Under the pieces are notes generated by a model. It saw nothing but the letters and a program-made list of their open reading frames with translations. It did no database searches and had not been told where the DNA came from. 35,074 nt of DNA, from assembly GCA_037190965.1 (NCBI GenBank), contig JBBCKI010000007.1:1-35074 (forward strand), in the 5' to 3' direction. Each line of letters begins with the position of its first letter. Positions within the stretch are counted from its first letter, which is position 1. The position numbers and the translations under genes were made by a program. Source of the stretch: Chthoniobacteraceae bacterium (GTDB lineage: Bacteria > Verrucomicrobiota > Verrucomicrobiia > Chthoniobacterales > Chthoniobacteraceae). Below are positions 1 to 10,139 of the stretch, in pieces.

Positions 1-106
1 CGTCGCGGAGCTCCGCCCTCCGACGACCGCGCGGCAAGCGCGCGCCGGATGAAGCCGAGGGGCCATTGGACGTTTTAGTGCACCCGGAGGGCGAAGCTCC
101 GCTACG
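1..106. repeat. REP-like inverted repeat pair (REPIN-type)
   Basis: 1-22 CGTCGCGGAGCTCCGCCCTCCG matches the reverse complement of 85-106 CGGAGGGCGAAGCTCCGCTACG with 2 mismatches. It is intergenic, downstream of the DUF2167 gene. Confidence 0.7.
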
Positions 107-142
107 CCGTGGGCGATGGGCGTCGGGACTCCGAAAAGCGGC

Positions 143-1084
143 CTACTCCTTGTTCCGCTTGAACCACTTGGAGATCAGGCTGGCGATGCCGATGACCCCG
201 ATCACCACGAATTTTTTACCCGCGATCAACGCCGCAAGCAACGTCTTGAAGAGCCCCATCTTCCCGGCCAGGCCGCCTGCCACCAAGGCCGCGATGCCGT
301 AGGAGGCCACCCTGTCCGTGGTGCTGTTGAAATCGGCATAGCGGTTGCCTTCCGTGAATTCCACATTGCCAAGGAGGGTCGCGGAATGCTCGCGCACCTC
401 GGCCAGCAGGGAAACCGGAGCGACCGTGTTGAGTTCCAGAACCCCGCGCCTCCCGAGAATGCGGATGCAGTAGTTGAGGGTATGCGCTGGATTGCCGCCA
501 AAGGCGAGTTCCTTGGCCCAGTAGATCTTGTGGGTGGCGGCATCGTAATGCGGAGGTTCGGCCCACCCGACCAGTTCGATGGATTCGTACCCGTTTTTGA
601 CCCGCTCTTTGCTGCCCTTTAGGGTATCGGCCTTCATCTCCTTGAGCAGCGCGGCATAATCGATCTTCGCCGCGTCGGAATCGTCGATGTGCCCGTCATC
701 GGAGTAGGTGACGATGACGCCCCAGCCTTCTTCGGTGAAGAGCGTTTCGGGCGATTGGACGATCATTCCCAGAACACCCTCGGCAGTCTGGGGAGGGTTA
801 CCCCAGAAATCGACGAGGATCGTCCGGCTGTCCCGTTCATTAAGAAAATAGAAACCTTCCGGCAGGGCAATGCGGGCGAGCCCGTTGTGCAGGAGGATTT
901 CTCCCTTTTGCGGGTTAAGCTTGGCGATTGCCGCCTTGAGCGCGGCCAGTTCGGCCTCCTCCGCGGCTTTCTCGGGGGCCGCGTTCTCCGCCTGGGCGGA
1001 TGGTGTTTGCGATTCCGCCCGGAGCGCAGGGAGTGGAGTTGCAAGCGCCGTAAAGAGGAGGAAGGGGAGGAGAAGGGGTTTCAT
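143..1084 (-). CDS. DUF2167 family membrane-anchored protein
   Basis: Likely true start MKPLLLPFLLF (signal peptide) at 1084. Motifs FWGNPP, GHIDDSDA, GWAEPPHYD..HKIYWAKEL, LNYCIRILGRRGVLELN, GNRYADF..DRVASYGIAALVAG, and a C-terminal TM segment. The ORF extension to 1726 overlaps pgi and is rejected. Confidence 0.85.
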   Translation of the reverse strand: MKPLLLPFLLFTALATPLPALRAESQTPSAQAENAAPEKAAEEAELAALKAAIAKLNPQKGEILLHNGLARIALPEGFYFLNERDSRTILVDFWGNPPQTAEGVLGMIVQSPETLFTEEGWGVIVTYSDDGHIDDSDAAKIDYAALLKEMKADTLKGSKERVKNGYESIELVGWAEPPHYDAATHKIYWAKELAFGGNPAHTLNYCIRILGRRGVLELNTVAPVSLLAEVREHSATLLGNVEFTEGNRYADFNSTTDRVASYGIAALVAGGLAGKMGLFKTLLAALIAGKKFVVIGVIGIASLISKWFKRNKE

Positions 1085-1219
1085 ACGACGATAAATTCTG
1101 GGCGTTCCTGCACGTAAAGGCCGCAGAGTAGCGGGAAAACGGCGGGAATGTCCAGCGATCCGCGTCGGGCTGAAATCCGCGCTTTTCATCCGCGCCATTT
1201 TCGCCTTCGATGCGCTCTC

Positions 1220-2800
1220 ATGAGTGCACATTCTCTCTGGGATCGGTTTGCGACCTATTTTCTCCGATACGAAGACCTTGGCTTTTCCCTCGATATCAGC
1301 CGGATGCGTTTCGGTGACGGCTTTTTTGCCGGAATGGGCTCCAAGGTGGAGAAAGCCTTCGCGGATATGAAGGCGCTGGAAGCGGGGGCCATCGCCAACC
1401 CGGACGAAAACCGGATGGTCGGTCACTACTGGCTGCGATCCCCCGAACTGGCTCCGACGCCTGAACTTCGGGCCGAAATCGAGAAGACCCGGGCCGATAT
1501 CGTGGCTTTCGCGGCGGATGTGCACTCCGGCAAGGTCGCCGCGCCGGGCGGGAAGCGGTTTACCGAGGTGCTCCTCGTCGGGATCGGTGGGTCGGCGCTC
1601 GGGCCGCAGTTCATCTCCGACGCCCTCGGCAATCCCGCCGACAAGATGGCGATTCATTTTCTTGATAACACCGATCCGGACGGGTTCGACCGGGTGTTTG
1701 CCCATCTTAGCGACCGGCTTTCTCACACTCTGGTGCTTGTCGTCTCAAAGAGCGGCGGCACGAAGGAGACCCGCAACGGCATGGTGGAGACGGCGGCGGC
1801 TTTCGAAGAGCGCGGGCTCGACTTTGCCCGGCATGCCGTGGCGATCACCGGGGAAGGGAGCGAACTCGACAAGGTGGCGAGCGAGGGAGGGTGGCTCAAG
1901 CGTTTCCCGATGTGGGACTGGGTGGGCGGCCGCACTTCCGTGATGAGTGCGGTGGGCCTCGTACCGATGGCATTGCAGGGGCTCGATATCGATGCGTTCC
2001 TTGCCGGAGCCGCCGCGATGGACGCCAAGACCCGTCAGCCCGATGCCCGCGCCAACGCCGCCATGATTCTCGCCCTGATGTGGTATTACGCGGGCGACGG
2101 ACGCGGCACAAAGGACATGGTGCTGCTGCCATACAAGGACCGGCTCGTGCTTTTCTCGAAGTACCTTCAGCAGCTTGTCATGGAGTCGCTCGGCAAGGAG
2201 CGCGATCTCGATGGCAACATCGTCAACCAGGGGATCGCCGTCTACGGCAACAAAGGCTCCACGGATCAACATGCCTACGTGCAGCAACTCCGCGACGGGG
2301 TGTCCAATTTTTTTGTGACCTTCGTGGAAGTCCGCAAAGGGCGGGACGGCGATTCGATGCAGGTGGAGCCGGGAGTGGTCAGCGGCGACTACCTGCAGGG
2401 CTTCCTGCGCGGTACGCGCACGGCGCTCTACGAGGGCGGGCGTGATTCGATCACGATTTCGATTCCCGAGGTGAACGCTTTCCAGGTGGGGCTGCTGATT
2501 GCGCTCTATGAGCGGGCGGTCGGGTTCTACGCCAGCCTCGTCAACATCAACGCCTACCACCAACCGGGCGTGGAAGCCGGAAAGAAGGCCGCAACGGCGG
2601 TTCTCGCCTTGCAAGGGAGAGTCAAGGAATCGCTGGGGGCTTCCCCGAAGACCGCGCCGGAGATTGCCGAGGCGCTGGGACTTGGAACCGACCCCGAAGA
2701 GGTTTATCATGTTCTGACGCATCTGGCCGCCAACGACTCAAAGATTGTTCGCAGCCCCGGAGCTTCTCTGGACAAAGAGAGATTTTCACGGACCGTATAG
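1220..2800 (+). CDS. pgi: glucose-6-phosphate isomerase
   Basis: Motifs [55 protein letters not shown]. Start taken at MSAHSLW. Confidence 0.97.
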   Translation: MSAHSLWDRFATYFLRYEDLGFSLDISRMRFGDGFFAGMGSKVEKAFADMKALEAGAIANPDENRMVGHYWLRSPELAPTPELRAEIEKTRADIVAFAADVHSGKVAAPGGKRFTEVLLVGIGGSALGPQFISDALGNPADKMAIHFLDNTDPDGFDRVFAHLSDRLSHTLVLVVSKSGGTKETRNGMVETAAAFEERGLDFARHAVAITGEGSELDKVASEGGWLKRFPMWDWVGGRTSVMSAVGLVPMALQGLDIDAFLAGAAAMDAKTRQPDARANAAMILALMWYYAGDGRGTKDMVLLPYKDRLVLFSKYLQQLVMESLGKERDLDGNIVNQGIAVYGNKGSTDQHAYVQQLRDGVSNFFVTFVEVRKGRDGDSMQVEPGVVSGDYLQGFLRGTRTALYEGGRDSITISIPEVNAFQVGLLIALYERAVGFYASLVNINAYHQPGVEAGKKAATAVLALQGRVKESLGASPKTAPEIAEALGLGTDPEEVYHVLTHLAANDSKIVRSPGASLDKERFSRTV

Positions 2801-2803
2801 GGA

Positions 2804-3499
2804 ATGAAAACGCCGCAGCAACCGGACGACCCGAATCCATCGATACCCCTTGATCGGGTCTCCCGGTTTGTGCGTCAGCTGACCCACGATGTGCGGAATG
2901 GGCTGAGCGCGATTGATCTCGAAGCGGCATTTATCGCGGAGCTGGTGAGCGATCCGGAGGCGTCGGAGGAGATTCGGAAGCTGCGCGGCATGGTGGCGAG
3001 CAACGCCAAGATGCTGCGGGAGCTTTCGCAGAACTTCCAACCCATCACCCTGCACGAGATGCCGTGGATGGCGGCAACGTTTTTCGACGAACTCCACGCC
3101 CGGCTCGCAAAACAGTTTTCCGGGGAGAACCGCCTGGAAGTGGAATCGCGGCTGGGGCCCGAACAGGCCGAGATCGATCTGGAGCAAATGGTGGTGGCGA
3201 TGACGGCCATTGTCACCAACGCGTTTCAGCTTCGACAGGACGGGGAACCATTGCGGCTCTCCGGCAAAATCGAGGAGGGGAATTTCGTCATGGAGCTCCG
3301 AGAGCCGAAGACGGTTTTGAATGGGATCCCCCCGGAGGAATGGGGGCTGGAGCCGCTCAATGGCTCCCGGCCCGGTGGGTACGGCTTGGGGTTATACCGG
3401 GCCCGGCGCATTATCGAGGCGCACGGAGGCATGGTGGAAAGACGGCACGAAGGGGGAGAACTGATCACCCGCGTCGTCCTGCCCCTTTGCAACTCGTAG
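2804..3499 (+). CDS. short cytoplasmic histidine kinase (HisKA + HATPase, no sensor domain)
   Basis: H-box LTHDVRNGLSAI, N-box IVTNA, G-box GYGLGLYRARRIIEAHGG. Starts 3 bp after the pgi stop. Confidence 0.85.
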   Translation: MKTPQQPDDPNPSIPLDRVSRFVRQLTHDVRNGLSAIDLEAAFIAELVSDPEASEEIRKLRGMVASNAKMLRELSQNFQPITLHEMPWMAATFFDELHARLAKQFSGENRLEVESRLGPEQAEIDLEQMVVAMTAIVTNAFQLRQDGEPLRLSGKIEEGNFVMELREPKTVLNGIPPEEWGLEPLNGSRPGGYGLGLYRARRIIEAHGGMVERRHEGGELITRVVLPLCNS

Positions 3500-3627
3500 G
3501 GGTCTCCGGGCCCGATTGGTGAGGGTTGCTTTTTGTTTGGAGCGCAGCAAATTGCGCGTGGCAAAAGAGGAACGTCCGGAGGTGGGCGGGTGATCGAAGC
3601 AAGCGGCACCCGGTTTCTCACGCAGAC

Positions 3628-5037
3628 ATGGCCGTCATGCAATCCAACGCGAAAAACATCCTGTTGATCGACGACGACCGTTCGATTCTCGTTACCCTGG
3701 GCGGGTTGCTTGAGCGGCATGGATACACCGTGGCGCCGGTGACGACGGCGGCCGCCGGGATGGCCTCCTTGCGCAAGGATGAGCCGCATGCGGTGCTGCT
3801 CGATCTCGGGTTGCCCGACGCCGACGGGTTGGAAACGCTCGCCGCCATTCGCACGGAGCGCCCTTCCGCCTCCGTGATTGTTCTGACGGCGCAGGATTCA
3901 CTCGATAACGCCATCGAATCGATCAAGCGGGGCGCGTTCCATTTCATCAGCAAGCCGTATGTGCCCGAGGAACTGCTTTCGCTGCTCCGGCGGGCGGGCG
4001 AACAGCGGGATCTGGTGATCGAGTCCGAACGTCTGCGCAGCAAGACCGCCCAGCTTTCCCGCCGCCTGGAGGCCGTGGAGCGCCACCTCAAGCCACTCTT
4101 CGCCAGCCGGAAGATGAAGGAGGTGGAGGAAATGATCCGGCGCGTGGCTCCCACCGACGCCAATGTGCTTCTTTGCGGGGAGAGCGGGGTGGGGAAGGAG
4201 GTGATGGCCAACCAGCTTCATCGCCAGAGCCTTCGCGCGGAAGGGCCGATGGTGAAGCTCAACTGCGCGGCGTTTCCGGCACACATGATCGAGGGAGAGC
4301 TTTTCGGGTACGTCAAAGGGGCTTTTACCGGGGCGGTCAGCGATTTCCCCGGGATGATCGCGGAGGCGCAGGGCGGCACGCTGTTTCTGGATGAGATTGC
4401 CGAGATGCCCGCGGAACTGCAGACCCGCTTCCTCCGGGTGCTTCAGGAACGGGAGTATCGGCCTCTTGGTTGCACCAAGACGATTGAGGCTGATTTCCGG
4501 TTGATCGCCGCAACCAATCGGCCGATTGTCTCGGCTGTGCGCGACGGTTTTTTACGGCACGATCTTTTTTACCGGATCAACACGTTCCAGATCGAGATTC
4601 CGCCTTTGCGGGAGCGCCGCGAGGAGATTCCATCGCTGGTGGCGACGTTCACCCGCCGCTTTGCCTCGCACCTTGGCAGGCCGGAACCGGCTGTCGCCCC
4701 GGGGGCGTTCCGGCTGCTGATGGATTACGACTGGCCGGGAAACATCCGTGAGCTTCAGAACGCCATCGAGTACGGAGTGGTGCTCGCCCGCGAGCATGGG
4801 ATTACGGAAAAAGAGCTGCCAAGGGAGCTGCATCTTCCCCCCGCGCTGCGAAAAGTCGCCTCCGCCGGGGGAGGAGGGGAGAACGCCGAGAGCCTCAATC
4901 TCGACACGCGGGAGCGGGACGCCATTCTTGCCGCGCTGGCAAAATGTCACGGAAATAAAAAGAAAGCAGCGCAACTGCTTGGCATTCATCGCCCAACGCT
5001 TTACAGCAAGATGAAACGCTACGGCATTGACCTGTGA
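3628..5037 (+). CDS. sigma-54-dependent response regulator (NtrC family: REC-AAA+-Fis HTH)
   Basis: REC motifs LLIDDD, LLDLGLP, SKP; Walker A GESGVGKE; GAFTGA; Walker B LFLDEI; WPGNIREL; HTH NKKKAAQLLGIHRPTLY. Confidence 0.95.
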   Translation: MAVMQSNAKNILLIDDDRSILVTLGGLLERHGYTVAPVTTAAAGMASLRKDEPHAVLLDLGLPDADGLETLAAIRTERPSASVIVLTAQDSLDNAIESIKRGAFHFISKPYVPEELLSLLRRAGEQRDLVIESERLRSKTAQLSRRLEAVERHLKPLFASRKMKEVEEMIRRVAPTDANVLLCGESGVGKEVMANQLHRQSLRAEGPMVKLNCAAFPAHMIEGELFGYVKGAFTGAVSDFPGMIAEAQGGTLFLDEIAEMPAELQTRFLRVLQEREYRPLGCTKTIEADFRLIAATNRPIVSAVRDGFLRHDLFYRINTFQIEIPPLRERREEIPSLVATFTRRFASHLGRPEPAVAPGAFRLLMDYDWPGNIRELQNAIEYGVVLAREHGITEKELPRELHLPPALRKVASAGGGGENAESLNLDTRERDAILAALAKCHGNKKKAAQLLGIHRPTLYSKMKRYGIDL

Positions 5038-7781
5038 CACCACTTCGACATCGTGAAAAAGTTCTCGCCCATGCAGAACAACAACTCGCTTCCCAAGGAA
5101 AGAAAAACGCGGCGGAACTGCTGACGCTTTACAAGAAATTCCTCAAGATCGAGAACCACCGCCTCCGGCTCAAGCACTACGCCGGGGGAGGCGGACGCGA
5201 GATCGCCCAGCAGCGGGCCGATCTCGTCGATGTCGTCCTGCGGCACCTGTACGAGGCGGCGGTTCAGGGGATCGGATGCACCGGGCCATTTTCCGGCATC
5301 GCGTTGGTGGCCACCGGAGGGTATGGCCGGGGCGAGCTCAACCCATACAGCGACGTCGACATCATGTTCCTGCACGAGGCGACCAAGGTGCCGGTGCAGA
5401 TCGGGGAGATCATCGAATCGATCCTCTACACGCTCTGGGATGTCGGCTTCAAGGTGGGGCACGCGTCGCGCTCCATCGCGGGGGCGGTCCAGCAGGCGAA
5501 CGTGGATATGCTCTCCAAGACGGCCTTGCTGGAGTCCCGCTTCATCGCGGGCGACCGGAAACTCTTCGAGCAGTTCAAGAACGATTTTGAGAAGAAGTGC
5601 GTCGCCTCGCACGAGAAGGAGTACATCGCGCAACGCGTGGAAAATCAGGCTGATCGCCATGCCAAATTCGGCTCCACGGTCTACATGCAGGAGCCGAACA
5701 TCAAGCAGGGGTGCGGCTCCCTGCGCGATTACCAGAATATTCTCTGGATCTCGTTTTTCAAAAAACGCGTCGCTTCCACCAGCAAACTTGTGGAGCTCAA
5801 GCTATTACCGGAAAGCGAACGGAGGAAGCTCGATCGCGCCTACGATTTTCTGCTTCGCGTCCGCACGGAGTTGCACTACCTGAACAAGCGGGGCACCGAC
5901 ACGCTCAGCCTTGTTTACCAGCTCCAGGTCGCCACCAAGCTGGGCTATCCGCAGAAGAACCCGCTACGGCGGATCGAGGCGTTCATGCGGGATTACTATC
6001 AGCATGCCCGGGTGATCTTCCAGATCACCCAGACGCTCGCCGCGAAGCTATGCGTGAGCGAGGAGGAGTCCGCCCGCTTCGGCCTGATGCGGTTCCTGAT
6101 GCGCAAAAAGAAGAAGGAACACTTCGACGGGTTTTACATCGCGCAGAATCTTCTCTTCCCCGAGTCCCGCGATATCTTCAAGGAAGACCCGTCCCGCATG
6201 ATGCGCGCCTTCCAGCACGCCCAGCAGCGGCAGCTCGATTTTGCGCCGGAATTGCAGACGCTGGTACGGCGACGGCTCCCAATGGTGGACCGGACTTACT
6301 GTTACGCCCGCTCCGCCCGGGAGACTTTTGCCGCCATTCTGAGCCGCAAGGGGGAGGTGGGGCGTATTCTCAGGATGATGCACGAAAACGATTTCCTCGG
6401 GCGTTATATCCCGGAATTCGGCGCATTGACCTGCCTGGTGCAGCATGAGTTTTTCCATCGCTACACGGCAGACGAGCACACGCTGGTTTGCATTGAAAAG
6501 CTAGACAGCATCATCGACACCGAAGTGGCGCGTCTGCACGGCTATCGCGATCTTTTCCTGAAGCTGGAAGATCCGTTCGTGCTTTATCTGGCCTTGATTC
6601 TTCACGACACCGGCAAGGCTTCCAACGCCCGCTATCATGCCGAGGCGAGCGCGACTTTTGCCAACCGGGTGGCGGCGCGGCTCCAACTGCGCCCCGAGCA
6701 ACGCAAGACCCTTATCTTTCTGGTCGATAACCATCTGCTTCTCTCCAGCACGGCCCAGCGCCGTAATCTGGAGGATCCCGCGACGATTTCGGAGTTCGCG
6801 GGCGTGGTGCGTACCCAGAAGAATCTCGACGCGCTCATGTTGTTGACGCTGGCCGACGGGATGGGGATCGGGGACGACACCTGGTCTGACTGGAAGGAAT
6901 CACTGGTCTGGCAGCTTTATCTTAATACGACGCATTTCTTCACCGACAGCGATTCGTTCTTCCGCCAGCGCGCGTTCGAGCGCGAGGGGATGCGCATGAC
7001 GGTGGGCAAGAAACTCCCTGCGGACTTTGCGGAGGAGGTGGAGGCGCACTTCCTCTACATGCCGAATACCTACTTTCAGGCTTTCGACGCCAATGCGATT
7101 TCCTCACACATCCGGTTGTTCCGGAGGTTCTTCGAAAAGCGGGTGGCCAGTGACGGCCTGGGGCTTGCCCCTGCCGTCAAATGGATCGCGCATCCCGAGC
7201 GAGGGCATAGCGAACTCTGGGTTTGCACCTGGGATCGCAAGCACCTGCTGGCGAAGATCGCCGGTTCGCTCGCCGCCGCGCAGCTCAATATCCTGAGCGC
7301 CGATATCTTCACACGGGGTGACAGCCTCGTGCTCGATATCTTCCGGGTTTGCGATACCGATTTCCAGGCGGTGACCGATGCGGCGGACATCGCCCTGGTA
7401 GAAAAGATCTTGTCGGAAGCGCTCGCAGGGGATGACTTCGATTTTGCCCCCGTGTTGAGCAAGGCCAAGGATCGCCGCCCCTCGCATCTGGTGCAGGGGT
7501 TGGAGTTCCCCACGCGCATCTCCATCGACAACGATGCGCACCCCGTCTACACGCTCATCGACATCCAGACGCCCGACCGGCTCGGCCTTCTCTATCATTT
7601 GCTGAAAGCCTTGGGAGAAGCCGGGTTGAACATCGCCCTCTCCCGCATCGCGACCGAGAAGGGGGCCGCCGTCGACAGCTTCTATGTCACCGGTCCCGAC
7701 GGCAGGAAGGTGAAGGACGGCGCCGGAATTCTCAGGCTCCAGAAGGTGTTGCAGAAGGTGGCGGAACGGGGCGGGGTCTGA
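5034..7781 (+). CDS. glnD: [protein-PII] uridylyltransferase / uridylyl-removing enzyme
   Basis: NTase motif GGYGRGELNPYSDVD, EPNIKQGCGSLRD, HRYTADEH, HD motif LHDTGK, two C-terminal ACT domains (DRKHLL, PDRLGLL). The GTG start overlaps the upstream TGA (GTGA). Confidence 0.96.
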   Translation: MTPLRHREKVLAHAEQQLASQGKKNAAELLTLYKKFLKIENHRLRLKHYAGGGGREIAQQRADLVDVVLRHLYEAAVQGIGCTGPFSGIALVATGGYGRGELNPYSDVDIMFLHEATKVPVQIGEIIESILYTLWDVGFKVGHASRSIAGAVQQANVDMLSKTALLESRFIAGDRKLFEQFKNDFEKKCVASHEKEYIAQRVENQADRHAKFGSTVYMQEPNIKQGCGSLRDYQNILWISFFKKRVASTSKLVELKLLPESERRKLDRAYDFLLRVRTELHYLNKRGTDTLSLVYQLQVATKLGYPQKNPLRRIEAFMRDYYQHARVIFQITQTLAAKLCVSEEESARFGLMRFLMRKKKKEHFDGFYIAQNLLFPESRDIFKEDPSRMMRAFQHAQQRQLDFAPELQTLVRRRLPMVDRTYCYARSARETFAAILSRKGEVGRILRMMHENDFLGRYIPEFGALTCLVQHEFFHRYTADEHTLVCIEKLDSIIDTEVARLHGYRDLFLKLEDPFVLYLALILHDTGKASNARYHAEASATFANRVAARLQLRPEQRKTLIFLVDNHLLLSSTAQRRNLEDPATISEFAGVVRTQKNLDALMLLTLADGMGIGDDTWSDWKESLVWQLYLNTTHFFTDSDSFFRQRAFEREGMRMTVGKKLPADFAEEVEAHFLYMPNTYFQAFDANAISSHIRLFRRFFEKRVASDGLGLAPAVKWIAHPERGHSELWVCTWDRKHLLAKIAGSLAAAQLNILSADIFTRGDSLVLDIFRVCDTDFQAVTDAADIALVEKILSEALAGDDFDFAPVLSKAKDRRPSHLVQGLEFPTRISIDNDAHPVYTLIDIQTPDRLGLLYHLLKALGEAGLNIALSRIATEKGAAVDSFYVTGPDGRKVKDGAGILRLQKVLQKVAERGGV

Positions 7782-7819
7782 TGTTGACGGAAGGGCGTTT
7801 CCCACAAAGGTCATTCGAG

Positions 7820-7948
7820 ATGAAAGCCATCAGGACTGCGCTCGCGCTATACTATGGGATTTCATGGCTGCCCTTTGCGGTAACGATAGGAGTGGCTGTG
7901 ATGGTTTTCTGGTTTGTGAGGTTTTTAATGTGGGGCTGGAACGATTGA
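7820..7948 (+). CDS. putative 42-aa single-TM small protein
   Basis: ATG..TGA ORF read by hand: MKAIRTALALYYGISWLPFAVTIGVAVMVFWFVRFLMWGWND. It lies 38 bp after glnD on the same strand and is below the ORF-track cutoff. Confidence 0.4.
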   Translation: MKAIRTALALYYGISWLPFAVTIGVAVMVFWFVRFLMWGWND

Positions 7949-7993
7949 CCTTTTTCATGATTTCAGGATAATTCGGTCATTCGCTACAGAAAG

Positions 7994-8200
7994 ATGCGAA
8001 TCTTCTCTATCATCTTGCTATCAACTGCCCTGTCGACATTTTCGTTCGCCGAAATCACTCTTGAAGAGGCTAGGAAGAATGGGATGCAGGAAACTTTGGA
8101 CAATCTTTGGATCATTCAGGCTGCGTTTTGTATCGGCGTTGTAGCACCGGTAGCACGCTCGCGCCGTCGAGCGCGGGTATCGGCTCCACGGCTTTATTAG
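7994..8200 (+). pseudogene. N-terminal fragment of a secreted/membrane protein running into a REP
   Basis: Good signal peptide (MRIFSIILLSTALSTFSFA). After about 50 codons the frame reads through REP DNA starting near 8141. Confidence 0.4.
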
Positions 8201-8289
8201 GGCTGTATTCCAACGCCGGCAGCCGTCCTGCGGGGGGCACCCAATGCGACTCCTCATCGATCCCGCGCTCTCGGCGAGAGCGGGCTACC
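8149..8289. repeat. GTAG-class REP doublet in inverted orientation (REPIN)
   Basis: 8149-8177 GGTAGCACGCTCGCGCCGTCGAGCGCGGG versus the reverse complement of 8262-8289, GGTAGCCCGCTCTCGCCGAGAGCGCGGG. Each has a GTAG head followed by a GC hairpin. Confidence 0.8.
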
Positions 8290-8293
8290 TTGC

Positions 8294-9007
8294 CTACGTT
8301 TTCACCATAGGCACCCAGGAGACCTTTTTGACTCCGGGAGAATCGGCGAGCTCCGCGAGATAGTCCGGGGGTGTTGTTTCACGAGGGCGGGCGCTCCAAA
8401 AGACTTCATACTGCAATTCCTTTCCCTCCTCGGAGTATCTAATGGCGAGGAGCGCGATCTGGTAGCCGTCGGAATCCATGGCCTCGGCAATTTTGTTCGA
8501 TGAGGGCCCTTCCGGGGAGACCAGAATCGTCAAGGTTGCCCGCTTCTGTTGTCTTAAACAGGTCTCAAACCATTCCAACCCCCAAAGCACGAAAACGCCC
8601 AAAGCCAGCAGGCCCAAGCCCAGTCCGATTTCGCCCGCGCCGAAGCAGAAGCCCATGAGCGTGGAAAACCAGAGCGTGGCTGCCGTCGTGACCCCCAGGA
8701 CCAGGTTTCCCTTGTGAAGGATCGCTCCGGCTCCGATAAAGCCGACCCCCGTCAAAACGCCCAACGGAAGACGCATCACATCCATGATCACGAAGGAATC
8801 GGGAGCCTTTCCGACCGTCCCCAGCAACAGGTTCGCCAGAATGAGGCTGGCTGACGCGGTCAGCCCCACAAGTTCAGTGGTGCGCAATCCGGCAGGACGG
8901 CCATGTTCACCCCGATTGGCGCCGATAATCCCGCTCGCGATCAGCGTCAGGACCAGCCGCAAGGTGATTTCCTGCCAGGTAATCTCGGTGTGCATTGTCC
9001 GCTCCAT
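8294..9007 (-). CDS. MgtC/SapB family membrane protein
   Basis: Motifs IGANR..RPAGLRT, GVGFIGAGAIL, GVTTAATLW, plus a C-terminal ACT-like domain. Confidence 0.92.
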   Translation of the reverse strand: MERTMHTEITWQEITLRLVLTLIASGIIGANRGEHGRPAGLRTTELVGLTASASLILANLLLGTVGKAPDSFVIMDVMRLPLGVLTGVGFIGAGAILHKGNLVLGVTTAATLWFSTLMGFCFGAGEIGLGLGLLALGVFVLWGLEWFETCLRQQKRATLTILVSPEGPSSNKIAEAMDSDGYQIALLAIRYSEEGKELQYEVFWSARPRETTPPDYLAELADSPGVKKVSWVPMVKT

Positions 9008-9021
9008 TGAACAGGCTCCCG

Positions 9022-10095
9022 TTACTGTCGCGCCGCCACGGCTCCCAGCCGGTTTGCGAGGTCCGTCAGCTCGGAGGCGTTCTCCAGCCCGTCGAGAAAG
9101 CGCCGGGGAATCCCGGAAAAGCCCACCTGCGCTCCGACAAGCGCGCCGGTAAGGATGGAGCGGGCCTGGTTCTGCCCGCCACCGTTGAGGGCGTGCAGCA
9201 CTGCCGACTCGAAGTCATTGGGAAAACGCGCTGCCAGATAGTAGGCGGCCGGAAGCTGGTGATAAATCGCACACGGCATGCCGTAAACGATGGAGACCTT
9301 CCAGGCAGGCTCAATCCTGACGCCGGGGTCGAGTGTCGCTTCCGCCATGTAGGAGGGGGTAAGCAACGCGTCGGGAGAGGAAAAGTGCCCGGCTTGGGGC
9401 GGGGTGGAGGCGCCTTGTCCAGGAGGCTGGCGATCGCCGCTTGTCACCGCGTAAAAGGGGAGTTCTCCTCTTTTTACCAAGGCCATTAGTTTGTCGGATA
9501 GCGCCGGATCGAGCTTCTCTCCGCTGACCAGCAGGGCCAGCACGCAACAATAGGCGGTCGTCATGGCGACGATCGCTTCATCGGCCTGCGTGAGAATACA
9601 ATTCGAACTGACGGTCTGCGCGACTTTCGCCGGAGTTTTTGCGTAGAGCGCCGCCAGCACCAGCGCGCGTTCGGCTGCCTCCGTGGTGTCGGCGTGACCG
9701 CCGGTTTCCCGCCATGATTTTCCCTCCATAACGCGCCTGCGCCACGCCTCGCGGATCGACTGGCTTGTGTAGCCGCCCGGCCCGTTCATTGGGGTGCCAT
9801 CGAGTTGCGGAAAAAGGTCCTCGTCCAGGCGATGGCAAAAGTCGGCTTCGTCGTACCCTTCCTTTTCCACAACGGAGCGCAGGAGCAGGGTCAGGATGAT
9901 CCCGGCTTGGGAAAGCTGGCCCGCCTGGAGCCCGGCGTGATAGCGATGCGATTTGGGAGCGGTGTAACCGGTGACCCAATCTCCGTAATCGCGCCTCATT
10001 TGATCGAGGTCGTAATACCAGTGAGGGCCGACGCCCAAAGCATCGCCGATCAACGCTCCCATTACAGCCCCAGCCGCACGATCTTGAATAGACAT
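9022..10095 (-). CDS. ADP-ribosylglycohydrolase family protein
   Basis: N-terminal DRAAGAVMGALIGDALG and C-terminal FESAVLHALNGGG..LTGALVGAQVGFSGIP. Confidence 0.85.
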   Translation of the reverse strand: MSIQDRAAGAVMGALIGDALGVGPHWYYDLDQMRRDYGDWVTGYTAPKSHRYHAGLQAGQLSQAGIILTLLLRSVVEKEGYDEADFCHRLDEDLFPQLDGTPMNGPGGYTSQSIREAWRRRVMEGKSWRETGGHADTTEAAERALVLAALYAKTPAKVAQTVSSNCILTQADEAIVAMTTAYCCVLALLVSGEKLDPALSDKLMALVKRGELPFYAVTSGDRQPPGQGASTPPQAGHFSSPDALLTPSYMAEATLDPGVRIEPAWKVSIVYGMPCAIYHQLPAAYYLAARFPNDFESAVLHALNGGGQNQARSILTGALVGAQVGFSGIPRRFLDGLENASELTDLANRLGAVAARQ

Positions 10096-10139
10096 ACAGG
10101 CTTGGAATCGTCCGATCAGCCGGACTTACGCTTTTGAAG

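Noticed and set aside
1085..1726. N-terminal extension of the DUF2167 ORF
   Set aside because: It is antisense to pgi, and the signal peptide begins at 1084.
3604..3620. Sigma-54 promoter upstream of the response regulator
   Set aside because: GGCAC is present, but the -12 position reads CT instead of GC.
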